From the IMG/VR virus record IMGVR_UViG_3300043427_001796: a DNA stretch of 64,000 nucleotides. One strand, 5' to 3'. Below the pieces are notes generated by a model. The model did no database searches, was not told the origin of the DNA, and was given only the letters and a program-made list of their open reading frames with translations. The translations under genes were made by a program, and so were the position numbers. The first letter of the stretch is position 1; each line of letters begins with the position of its first letter. Below, piece after piece: positions 37,144 through 47,700 of this stretch. Origin of the DNA: a virus.

Positions 37144-38319
37144 ATGGCCTCACTTCTCTTCGATAGTGTAACAGTTGGTGTATTTCCATTACCTGATACT
37201 GCTTTAAGGTTTACGGACCCCAATAGTCTAGTCAACAAAATTCCTGCAGGATTCTACGAATTCAAACCAGTAGTGCCACCTCTACCAACTTCGATTCGTT
37301 CATTACTGGATAAAGTTGGACTCAAACCAGAGAAACCTCCAATATACATCTCACCATACGATAACTTCACATTACCTGTAACAGCAACAGCAAATATTCC
37401 AAATGAATTCATTACTAATATGACCATCACTGGTCCTATTGCATGTTTTCTGGAAGACCCTCTGCCATCGCTCAAATTTCCAGATACTTTAAGATCTTTA
37501 GGTCAAGCTCTCAGAATTGGAATATCTCCATGGTGGGCACCAGGATTGTTCCTAGAACCCTTTGTAAGTTCCTCACCTGTCACAGCACCTGTAGCTCCTT
37601 CTCCTGTCACTGTAGGACCATCTGGAACGGGACCAGGGTATTTAAATTTCACAACGAATATCAGTGGGTATTATACAGAAAGAAATTGGACTGATCGTGA
37701 ATGGATCTTAAAGGAATCGGATGTGATTGCGAAATACAATATTAATGGAAGATTCTATAAACCATGGGATCCAGAGAATCAATCATATCCAATTGATACT
37801 GCAAGTATTAATCGACTTACTGCAAGTCTAATTACACCAGCAACGTTCTATGCTACGAATATAATTACTGGTGGATGCATCGAAGAAGTCATGCTACCTT
37901 ATATTCGATGTGCTGAGCATGTTATGTCATATAAGGGCAGTGAGATTCGATCTTTAAGATTCTATTTCTTAGTTACTATTGATAGTGTAATCTATCCACC
38001 ATATACGCCACCATTTCAATCTCCACCACCTTCGATCATCTTAAAGACACCGTTTATTGCTCATATGAGTGTTGATGCAGGTCATGATTGGATGACGATA
38101 CTTAAAATATTCTGTGCAAATCAACTTGCTTGTGGACCATGCACTGAAAATAGAATATATGACGACCTCAATGATATTCCACCTTCTGTGGGAACCGACG
38201 AACTAGTTGGCGATTGCTTTGCAATTCAAAGAGATACAGACGAATATATAGAAGAGTTGGAGACTTTGTTCTCTGATTTTATTGAAGAAAATACACTCTC
38301 AGAAGAATCAGACATATGA
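37144..38319 (+). CDS. hypothetical (probably virion) Pro-rich protein
   Basis: 391-aa ORF upstream of PAAR. Confidence 0.75.
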   Translation: MASLLFDSVTVGVFPLPDTALRFTDPNSLVNKIPAGFYEFKPVVPPLPTSIRSLLDKVGLKPEKPPIYISPYDNFTLPVTATANIPNEFITNMTITGPIACFLEDPLPSLKFPDTLRSLGQALRIGISPWWAPGLFLEPFVSSSPVTAPVAPSPVTVGPSGTGPGYLNFTTNISGYYTERNWTDREWILKESDVIAKYNINGRFYKPWDPENQSYPIDTASINRLTASLITPATFYATNIITGGCIEEVMLPYIRCAEHVMSYKGSEIRSLRFYFLVTIDSVIYPPYTPPFQSPPPSIILKTPFIAHMSVDAGHDWMTILKIFCANQLACGPCTENRIYDDLNDIPPSVGTDELVGDCFAIQRDTDEYIEELETLFSDFIEENTLSEESDI

Positions 38320-38684
38320 GTTTATACCCAGCACTCTACACAGCAGCAGACGTTACTTCAGGTCACGGACCATGGCCGCCTGTTGGATATGCTCCACCTC
38401 CTGTCGGGGCATCCGCAAATGTGATGATCAATGGAGCATTTGTTCATCATGTGGGAGACTCAACTTTACCACACTATGCTTTTCTTCCAGTTCCTCCAGA
38501 TCTTCATCCGGATGTGATTTCAACTGGCGAACCAAGTGTGTTGGTAAATGGCACACCGATTGCAATTCAGGGATTGAGTTTCCTTGCTCCTGCTGGTCTT
38601 GTAGCAGGACTTGCAGCAGTTGATGTAGTAGTCCGAATAGGAAACCTAACAAATGCCACTACAGAGGCAGGAGTAAGCGTATAG
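38316..38684 (+). CDS. PAAR spike-tip protein (gp5.4-like)
   Basis: TSGHGPWPP, VMING..VGD...H...H, GEPSVLVNG. Confidence 0.85.
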   Translation: MSLYPALYTAADVTSGHGPWPPVGYAPPPVGASANVMINGAFVHHVGDSTLPHYAFLPVPPDLHPDVISTGEPSVLVNGTPIAIQGLSFLAPAGLVAGLAAVDVVVRIGNLTNATTEAGVSV

Positions 38685-38724
38685 CGGTTTCCGAATATAT
38701 AATTATAGATCAATCATTCTAGTT

Positions 38725-38946
38725 ATGGAAGAACATAAAATCACTTACAAAACAAAGGACGGAACGCTGAAGGAGCAACGCTTTGACGATTTTAATCAAT
38801 TTGCAAATGCGGTTGAAGATGCAGCAATGAATTTTTACGAAACTGGCGTTATGCCAACAATGGATATTGAGACACGTTATGGAAACATCACCCGTAAAGA
38901 AACAGTTACAGGAAATAATTCAACGCCTGAGTTCCTTGGAGAATAG
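38725..38946 (+). CDS. hypothetical protein
   Basis: ORF track. Confidence 0.75.
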   Translation: MEEHKITYKTKDGTLKEQRFDDFNQFANAVEDAAMNFYETGVMPTMDIETRYGNITRKETVTGNNSTPEFLGE

Positions 38947-39079
38947 ACTTTCTTCATTTGAACAACAAGTAAAGAATATCAAATTAGAATATAAGCGTCC
39001 AGGATCTGAGACTTATGAAACTTTGTCTGAGACACTTGACTACCTTCATAAAAGGTGGTATGATAAATCTGTAAATTGA
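38867..39079 (+). CDS. hypothetical coiled-coil protein (start uncertain)
   Basis: YKRPGSE.YE.L.ETLDYLH. Confidence 0.6.
   Translation: MRHVMETSPVKKQLQEIIQRLSSLENRLSSFEQQVKNIKLEYKRPGSETYETLSETLDYLHKRWYDKSVN
39036..39064 (+). promoter_or_regulatory. sigma70-like promoter TTGACT-17-TATGAT
   Basis: Extended -10; upstream of the small basic protein. Confidence 0.6.
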
Positions 39080-39087
39080 GGCACACT

Positions 39088-39231
39088 ATGGCAAAACGTC
39101 CATCTTTTACTGGAGCACCTCACGTTGAGGGAACTCCTAAGGTTACTCGTCAGGGTCGTAGCAAAAACACTAAACTTGCTGCTACTGCTAGAAATGGAGC
39201 AAAAAAGAAATATCGAGGTCAAGGCAAATAA
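39088..39231 (+). CDS. small basic cyanophage protein (47 aa, ends KKYRGQGK)
   Basis: SD GAGG; hand-translated. Confidence 0.8.
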   Translation: MAKRPSFTGAPHVEGTPKVTRQGRSKNTKLAATARNGAKKKYRGQGK

Positions 39232-39296
39232 ATAGTTGAGGAGATAGAAACCTCCTAAAAAGTTCTACATTTTGTAGTTCTTTTAGGAGGTTTTTT

Positions 39297-39488
39297 ATGG
39301 CTCTCAGTCCAGTTGATAAAAGTCAAGAGTTTATTCAATCTGGTATGAAGTTGATCACAGATCCATCATCGGATCAATTGTTAGAAAAAGTAAAAAAGGC
39401 AAAATACGAAATACCCAAAGATCGTTATTCCAGACCATGTGGAGGATCGGGAGGATTTGATGATTTCGTTGAAAGATGGCATGAGTGA
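39297..39488 (+). CDS. hypothetical protein
   Basis: SD AGGAGG. Confidence 0.75.
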   Translation: MALSPVDKSQEFIQSGMKLITDPSSDQLLEKVKKAKYEIPKDRYSRPCGGSGGFDDFVERWHE

Positions 39489-39522
39489 TAATAAATAGAA
39501 AAAGAAGTTATACCCTATTCTT

Positions 39523-39912
39523 GTGCCTACATTCCAGACATTTAAAGATCTGAGTATGCCATTTAAGCCACATCCTGTAACTCGGGATGTGGTTACAAAA
39601 AAAGACGATTCTGCAATTAAACAAGCAGTCTCTAACTTATTGTATACAAGAATAGGAGAAAGGCCATTCAATTCCGGAATTGGCACAAACTTAGCTAACT
39701 TACTCTTTGAACCTCTTAATTCTATAAGTGCAGGATTTATTTCTTCTGAAATAAGAGAAGTTTTAAATGCATATGAACCCAGAATTAAAGTTGTGAATGT
39801 TGAAGTCACACCAAATTTTAATTCAAACGGATTTGATGTTATTCTTGCATTTGTTATTGTAGGCAGAGAGGACAATCTTGTAAGTTTAGATCTATTCTTG
39901 GAGAGACCATAA
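39523..39912 (+). CDS. gp25: baseplate wedge subunit gp25
   Basis: FKDL...HPVT.D...AIKQAV.NL..T..GERPF...YEPR; AATAAATA late promoter at ~39490. Confidence 0.93.
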   Translation: MPTFQTFKDLSMPFKPHPVTRDVVTKKDDSAIKQAVSNLLYTRIGERPFNSGIGTNLANLLFEPLNSISAGFISSEIREVLNAYEPRIKVVNVEVTPNFNSNGFDVILAFVIVGREDNLVSLDLFLERP

Positions 39913-39913
39913 A

Positions 39914-41710
39914 GTGCCTTACGCTCAAATCAATAATCTAGATTATTCTCAAATTAAAGAGAATTTAAAAAATTATCTAAAATCTCAATCAGAATTCACT
40001 GATTATGATTTTGAGGGTTCTGCTTTAAGTAATATTCTTGATGTTCTTGCATATAATACGTATTATACTGCATTCAACACCAATTTAATTGCAAACGAAT
40101 TTTTCATTGATTCTGCTACTTTAAGAGACAATGTTATAAGAATTGCGAAGCAACTCGGATATAGACCTAGATCGAAAGTTGCTTCAAGATCAAAAATTAA
40201 TTTTACATCAACAATTGTAAGTCCAATACAACCTTCAACATATACATTAAAAAAGGGCACTGGATTTATTACAAATTACGATAACAGCTTATACAATTTT
40301 GTAGTTGTTGATGATGTGACAGTGCCTGTAGAAGAGGGTGCTGCTGTTTTTACCGAAGTTGATATATTTGAAGGTAACTTAGTTACTGAGTATTTTGTTT
40401 ATAATAAAACAAAAATTGATAACAGAATTATATTGTCAAATCCACAGATTGATGTTTCCAGTATTAGAATTAATGTATATGAATCACAATCTTCATCTGT
40501 AAAAAATATTTTTAATGTTGCTGAAAATATTTTAGACGTTGATTTTTCTACAAATATATTTTTTGTCGAGGAAGTTAGTGACGAGAAGTATGAAATTATA
40601 TTTGGCGATGGTGTATTTGGAAGACAACTAGAGGACGGTAATTACATTGAAATTTCATACTTAGTTACAAATGGATCGGTAACAAACGGAGTAGAAAATT
40701 TTAGATTTAATGGTCTTCTTGTAGATGGCAGCAATCAGAGTTATCAAAATAATGTTGTAATTAATAATGTTCTAACTCCAGCATATGGTGGTGCTGAAAT
40801 AGAGACTACCGACAATATTAAGTTCATTGCTCCAAAGTATTTTGGAACTCAAAATAGAGCAGTTACGGCAGAAGATTTTAAACCAATAATTTCAAAAATT
40901 TACCCAAATGTTTCTGATATCATTACCTATGGTGGTGAGGATGAACAACCTCCAGAATATGGAGTTGTAAAAATTATAATTAAACCTAAACAAGGAGAAA
41001 AAATAACCAGTGTAACCAAGAATCAAATCGAAGAGGCTTTGAAACCATACATGGTTGCATCAGTAAGACCTCGTATTGTTGATCCCTCTGTTTTGTATAT
41101 TGAAATTTCTAGTAACATTTATTATAGCAAATTAAAGACAAATTCAACTAGAGATCAAATTAAAACTGAAGTCATAAATTCTATTTCTGATTACATTGAT
41201 AAATCAGACACAGAAAAGTTTTCTGGAAAATTAAGATATAGTAAAATTAATAGTGCTATTGATAAAGCAGATAGTTCTATAGAATCCAATGAAACATCTT
41301 TCACTATGAGAAAAGATGTCTTTCCAATATTAAATTCTAAGACATTTTATGAAGTATGTTATCAAAATTCTTTCGATAAGGACTGTGATGGTGCAACTGT
41401 ATACACCACTGGATTTGTAGTTTCAGAATATCCAAATTATACTGTATATCTCAAAGATGTGGATGGAAAAATGGTCCTATATAGGGTAGGAAATGATGGA
41501 AATGATTATATTATTAACTCTGACGTTGGGAATGTGAATTACATTTCAGGAGAGATCAAATTATACAATTTGACTATTATAAAGGGTTCTTACCCAAATA
41601 ATAAAATTGAATTTAGAGTAGTCCCTCTCAAACGAGATATTTTTGCTTTTCGTGAGCAATATTTGAAGGTTGATATTGAGAAAAGTACCTTTATCGCAAA
41701 AGCAGAATAG
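39914..41710 (+). CDS. gp6: baseplate wedge subunit gp6
   Basis: FTDYDFEGSALS.ILDVLAYNTYY, QNRAVTAEDF. Confidence 0.95.
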   Translation: MPYAQINNLDYSQIKENLKNYLKSQSEFTDYDFEGSALSNILDVLAYNTYYTAFNTNLIANEFFIDSATLRDNVIRIAKQLGYRPRSKVASRSKINFTSTIVSPIQPSTYTLKKGTGFITNYDNSLYNFVVVDDVTVPVEEGAAVFTEVDIFEGNLVTEYFVYNKTKIDNRIILSNPQIDVSSIRINVYESQSSSVKNIFNVAENILDVDFSTNIFFVEEVSDEKYEIIFGDGVFGRQLEDGNYIEISYLVTNGSVTNGVENFRFNGLLVDGSNQSYQNNVVINNVLTPAYGGAEIETTDNIKFIAPKYFGTQNRAVTAEDFKPIISKIYPNVSDIITYGGEDEQPPEYGVVKIIIKPKQGEKITSVTKNQIEEALKPYMVASVRPRIVDPSVLYIEISSNIYYSKLKTNSTRDQIKTEVINSISDYIDKSDTEKFSGKLRYSKINSAIDKADSSIESNETSFTMRKDVFPILNSKTFYEVCYQNSFDKDCDGATVYTTGFVVSEYPNYTVYLKDVDGKMVLYRVGNDGNDYIINSDVGNVNYISGEIKLYNLTIIKGSYPNNKIEFRVVPLKRDIFAFREQYLKVDIEKSTFIAKAE

Positions 41711-41715
41711 AGTAA

Positions 41716-44700
41716 ATGACGATCAAGCTATCCAGTTTAGTAAGAAGACAACTTCCGGAGTTCATTTCTACTCACTATAGTACATTTGCGTCTTTTCTAG
41801 AAAAATATTACGAAAGTCTAGAGATTACAGGGCAACCATTAGATATTTTATCTAATATTGCAAATTACTATGATATAAATTTTTACGAAAAAAATCTTCT
41901 TCAGAAAGGAACAAATTTATCTTCATTTGTTTCTGTAAATGATGATGAAATTGAATTGGATGACGCTATAGCATTTCCGGAAGAATATGGTTATGTGAAA
42001 ATAGATAATGAAATTTGCTTTTATACTAAAAAAGAAGGAAATACACTCACTGGTGTTTATAGAGGAATAAGCGCATCTACAAAATTAGGTGATCTGTATA
42101 ATAAAAGCGAATTTGTATCTTCAAATTCGGAAAATCATGCTGTCGGAACTTATGTTCAAAACATAAGCAATCTTTTCTTATTTGCTATTTTAAAAAGTTT
42201 TGAGGCACAATATCTCTCTAGCATTCCAGAGAAATATCTTAACGAAAAGATTGATAAAAGAACTTTAATCAAAAATATTACAGATTTTTACAGATCAAAA
42301 GGATCGGAAAAATCTATACAATTTATATTCAATTCACTTGTTTCAACTGATCCATCTGATAAAGCAACGATTAGAAGACCTTCCGATCTAACTCTAAGAT
42401 CTTCAGATTCAAACTGGATTACTAGTTATAGAATTAAAATAGACGTAATTTCAGGTAATCCAAAGAATTTAATTGGAAAAGTATTAGAACAATCAGATCC
42501 ATATGCTTATGCAGTTATAGAATCTGTAGATGTATCAAATAAATTCACAGATTTGATAATAGATCCAACATCAATTGTCTCAGAATTTAAGTATTATGGA
42601 TATACTGAATTGCTGAGTCCAATTTCTTCTCTAGACCAACAAAATTTCAAAATTGAAGTTGTTTCAACTAGTGCATGGAAATCTGCTGATAAAAGTCTTT
42701 ATATAGGAAATGAAGAATTTGATATTGTTGAGAAGAACGTAAATCAATTTACGATTAAATCTAGATCAGGAACATCTTCGTTTAGTCCAGGTTCTATTGT
42801 ATATCTCCAGAAACCATATGAAGTAAATGGGGTAAAATTTAACATTACTGGATCCATTTATAATTTAAGACCAAAAACAAAGAACCCTTATTCAGTAAAG
42901 GGTGATCCTATCTTACAGTCGAAGTTTGCAAAGAGTAGTATTGATCCAATTGTGTATGATGCAAGTTCATCTTCATATAGATGGATTGAAAATCAAAATA
43001 GAGAGAGACCAGTAATCCCAACTTTATCAAATTTACAAAATCAATTATCTTCTGTAAATGCAAACGTTTCTGCAATATTAGATGATGAAACTTATTTTTA
43101 CATCTGTTCATCTGGATATCCTTCGTATCCAATCCTTGCTGATACAATGTTATCAGGCAATCAATCTTTAAGTGAAAATAATTATTTAAAACTGGTAAGA
43201 AAATCTCCAATTTTTAGTCCAGAAATCTATGAAACTAATTCATATGATGTCGGAATTTTTGTAGACGGGACACTTGCATATAGTAAAAAAAGTGATTCTT
43301 TTGTAAGAACTGGACCAATAGTAAAAACAAATTTAATTAATAAAGGATTTGGTTATAAAAATCCTCCTATTGTTTTAGTTAACGGATCTGCATCAAAAGC
43401 AGTAGCAATTCTTTCCGGTAATGTTGTATCAGAAATAAAAATTCTCACTACTCAATCATACAAAAAAACTCCAAGTATTTTTATAACTTCTGGAAGAAAT
43501 GCTGCTCTTAAAGCAGTTGTTACTAATGGAAAACTTACCAGTATTGTTATTGAAAATCCTGGCGAATATTATGTTTCTCCCCCACAAATTATTGTTCGTG
43601 ATTTAAATGGCAGAGGAAAATTTGCAGAATGTGAGGCAGTTGTATCTAACAGTGGAAAAATAATTGGTGTTAATATAATTAATCAAGGTAAAAATTATAG
43701 TTCAAATTCTATTGTAATTGATGTAATTCCTCAAGGTAGAGATGCAGAAGCTGAGGTTGAAATTGAAAAGTGGTATTACAATAGATACAATGAAATACAA
43801 GAAAATAATATTGACTATAACGGTGGCAGTCTAGTAAACAAAAAATTTGAGTCTAAAAAAACATATGCTATTGTATCCAATCCGAAAAGATTGAGATATA
43901 GTATTGGTGATAACATCAGTAGCATCTTAGCAGAGCAACCAACTGAACATTCCAAAATACTTGGATTTGCCTACGATGGTTATCCAATTTATGGTCCTTA
44001 TGCATATCAAAATCCACTTGATAGCGAATCAAGTATCGTGAGAATGAATAGTGGATATGTTCTTAATAATTCTAGAACTAATGGACCATCAATTGTAACG
44101 CACCCATTAGGAATTTTTGATAAAGATTATACATGGGTTCCCAATTTAAATTCTGGCAAGACTTTCTTAGATCAAAATAATGGAAGATATTGTGTAACTC
44201 CAGAATATCCAAATGGCACATACGCATATTTTGTGACAATTGATTCTGGTGGAGAACCAGAGTATCCTTACATTATTGGCAAAAATTATTATGGAATACC
44301 CGTAGATTCAAATTATAATCAACCAATCACGCAAAATGATATTCCATCGTCTGCCAAATTACTAGACTTCTCCTCTTATGTTAATAATGGTATTAATTTT
44401 TCAGCTTTAGTATCTGAAGTTGAAAAAGGATCTATTGATGGATTTACCATTGATGATGTAAATTCATTACACAATCCGGGCAATTTATTGTTTGTAAATA
44501 ATGACGGCACAGGTGGCGAAGGATTTGTCGGGTCAGTAGAGTCGGTATTGGGAGAAAATGTAAGTTATATTAATTCTAAAAATAGTGTATCTGTTTTATC
44601 TGCAAACTCTAATGTATATTTGTTTGATGGTTATAATTTACAGGAACAAAATACATCGAGAGTTGGAAAAATAGTTGGTGATGTTTTATTTGATAATACT

Positions 44701-47700
44701 ATTATTTTAGAAGAAATTAGCGACACATTTGATGGCGAAGAAAAATTTGATATGAGAGATCCAGATACTGGAGAAATTATCAAAATTTTAAACATATTTT
44801 TATCCAAAAATTCTACTTTTACTGCTAATGCCACTGTATCACTTACTGATGGATTTAATAGACCAGATTCAGTAGTTGCTGTTGGAACTATTCTAGAATC
44901 TGCATCCAATCAAAATGTTTTGAAAGTATTAGTGGAATCTGGAGATTTTAGTCTTGGAATTGAAAATGATGCTCTTTTCCTACAAAGTTCTGTTTCTTCA
45001 GATGATGTAGGAACTGGTATTGTTGTTCTAAATTCTCTCAGTGAGAATATTGAAATTTTAAATTTTAAATATAATTTTGCTATTGTAAAAACAGAGAATC
45101 CTCATAATTTAGCGATAGGAGATAATGTCAATGTTTCTATAAATCCGGATGATTCTTCAACACAAAAAACTTTCTTTGTGAGAAAAAGATTATTCCAAGA
45201 ATTGAAATTACGTGATAGAAAAATAAAAGCAAAATTACGTGATACTGGAATTGGAAAATTTTCAATTTTATCTAGTGGAACATTCAGAAGTTCTGGAACT
45301 TATACTACAACTTTAGGTAATGCTTCAGTTCAGGTTGTTATTACAAATAATACAGTATCTAATATAACAATTTTAGATAAGGGTTCTGATTTTGTGGAGG
45401 ATCAGCAATTAAGATTTGATGCTGTTTTAGTTCCAGATCCTTTGGATGCATCTAAGCAAGTCTTCTTGACTGATTTTGGTGTTTACATGGAGAAGAATTC
45501 TGTATTTGTGTGTAGAGTTGATCACGCAGGATTTGGAATTGGTAATACAGAAATGAAATTATCAATCGTTGAAAATATCTCCAATGATGATTTACTTTCA
45601 ATAGGAAAAGAAATTGTTAAAGTATTAAATGTTGATTATGCAAATAAATTAGTTTCGGTTCAAAGAGCTCAAAATGGAACAATTGCATTAGAGCATTTTG
45701 ATGGTGCCGATGTTTCGTTTTATGATTTTTCTTATAGATTTAATCGTGATTCTTTTATTCCTGAATTGGGGACAAATCCAACTTCAAGTCCTAAAGTATA
45801 TTCATATGATCGTAATAGTAATGTATTAGTCCTTTATTACCAATATGGAGCATCACTATCATCGACCATTGACATATCATTAAGTAATTTCTTCAAAGAT
45901 GAAAGTTTTGAAAGAAAAGATGTTTTAATTTCTTCTGTGGGAGAGAAGAAATTTAAATTAGAATTTTCAGAGGATAACGAAGATAATTTTGTAGTGAATC
46001 CAAATATTAATATACAAAATTATTACAAATATATTTTCAAAACTGGACATCCGAGTATGTATCAAACATATTTGGACTTTTCGCCAAGTTTAAAGTATAA
46101 TTTAATAACACAAGAAAAAATTGTTGGCGATGCCGATCCTGGAACAAACTCACCAAATTCTTTTGTTTCACTAAAATTTGGATTTGGACCAGCATTAGAA
46201 ACTAATACATATACTTCTAAAGTATTAAATAGATTTTCAAATTATTATTATTTTATAGTTGCAAGCGGTGTAACTACAGATAATGCTAAATTATCTGTAG
46301 TTGAGGATCCATTGACGGGATCAAAAAATGTTGCGTATGTCACTAGCAATAAATTTTTATACGAATTAAATGCTACGCCGCAGGAAAATGGGTCTGGGGA
46401 GATTTTCTACTCAACATCTTCACAAAATGCTCTAGGTTTAATTAATTCATTGAAAGTAAACAACTCTGGAAAAAATTATGCTGATATTCCAGTAGTTATA
46501 GGAGTAGAACCCGCAAGGTCGAGAAAAGCATTATTAACAGCAGTCATGAATCTTAGTGGTGGTGTTGATTCATTTATCATTAACGATTCCGGAGTTGGAT
46601 ATATCAATCCTAAAATTATTTTGGATGGTGATGGGAGTCAAGGAATATTTCAAATTGCTTTGAATCAAAATGGTGGCGTAATATCAGTAAAAATTTTGAA
46701 CGGTGGACTTGGATACACTAAAATTCCAAAAGTTTATGTTATCGAGGATTCAAATAAAATTTATTTGACATCCAAAAATATTGGAATTCCAAAAACAATT
46801 GAAATAACTAGTTCCGGTAATAATTTTACTACCGATACTACAACTTTACCTAATTTTACATCAACTTATGCTGTTCTACTTTCTGATATAGGTGATGCAT
46901 CATTTTCTCCAGGAAGAATAGTAAATCAATATGACAACTTTAATAACTTAATTTTTAGCGGAAAGGTATCCAAAAATGGTCTTAAGCGAGGATCTAACAT
47001 AGTTAGATTTGAACAAGTTTTTGGAGATATATCTAAAAATTATCCATTAAATGGTGCTAAAATTATAGCAATTTTATATACAAATTACGAATCTGAAATT
47101 AGATCTTTTTATGATAAGTCTGGATATTTTGGATCCGAAAAAGGATTTACAAGTTCGGTAAATTCTAATATAACCGATTCATATTTTTATCAAGATTATT
47201 CTTATGTGATAAGATCTAAGACCCCTATTGAGATTTGGAGAAGTTTAATTAAAGATGTAGTTCACCCAGCTGGATTCCAGTTATTTGGTGAAGTTGTAAT
47301 TGAAGCAAATACTGGCATAGTAGGACAAACTACACAACAAACTTTAACTCCAATTGTATTGACTATCAATACAGGGGTTCAATCTGCAATCACAATTAAT
47401 ACTAGAACTCAGGTTACTGAAACAATACTTTCTGTATCTGATACAAATGTACAAAGAGGCGTTGGAAGATTACATTTTTCTGAATTTTATGATGATTCAA
47501 ACATTGCAAAAGAAATCTATCTAAGTCCAAATTTTGATGGGTATATTGATCCTGATAATAATATTCAATTGGGAACAAAGACATTTAATATTCTTGATAC
47601 GAAATCTAATCAACCTGTATTTCCATATGATGAAAATTCTGTAATTGTTAGTCTTTCTGGTGTAATACAGGAACCAAAAGTATCTTATACAATTGAAGGA

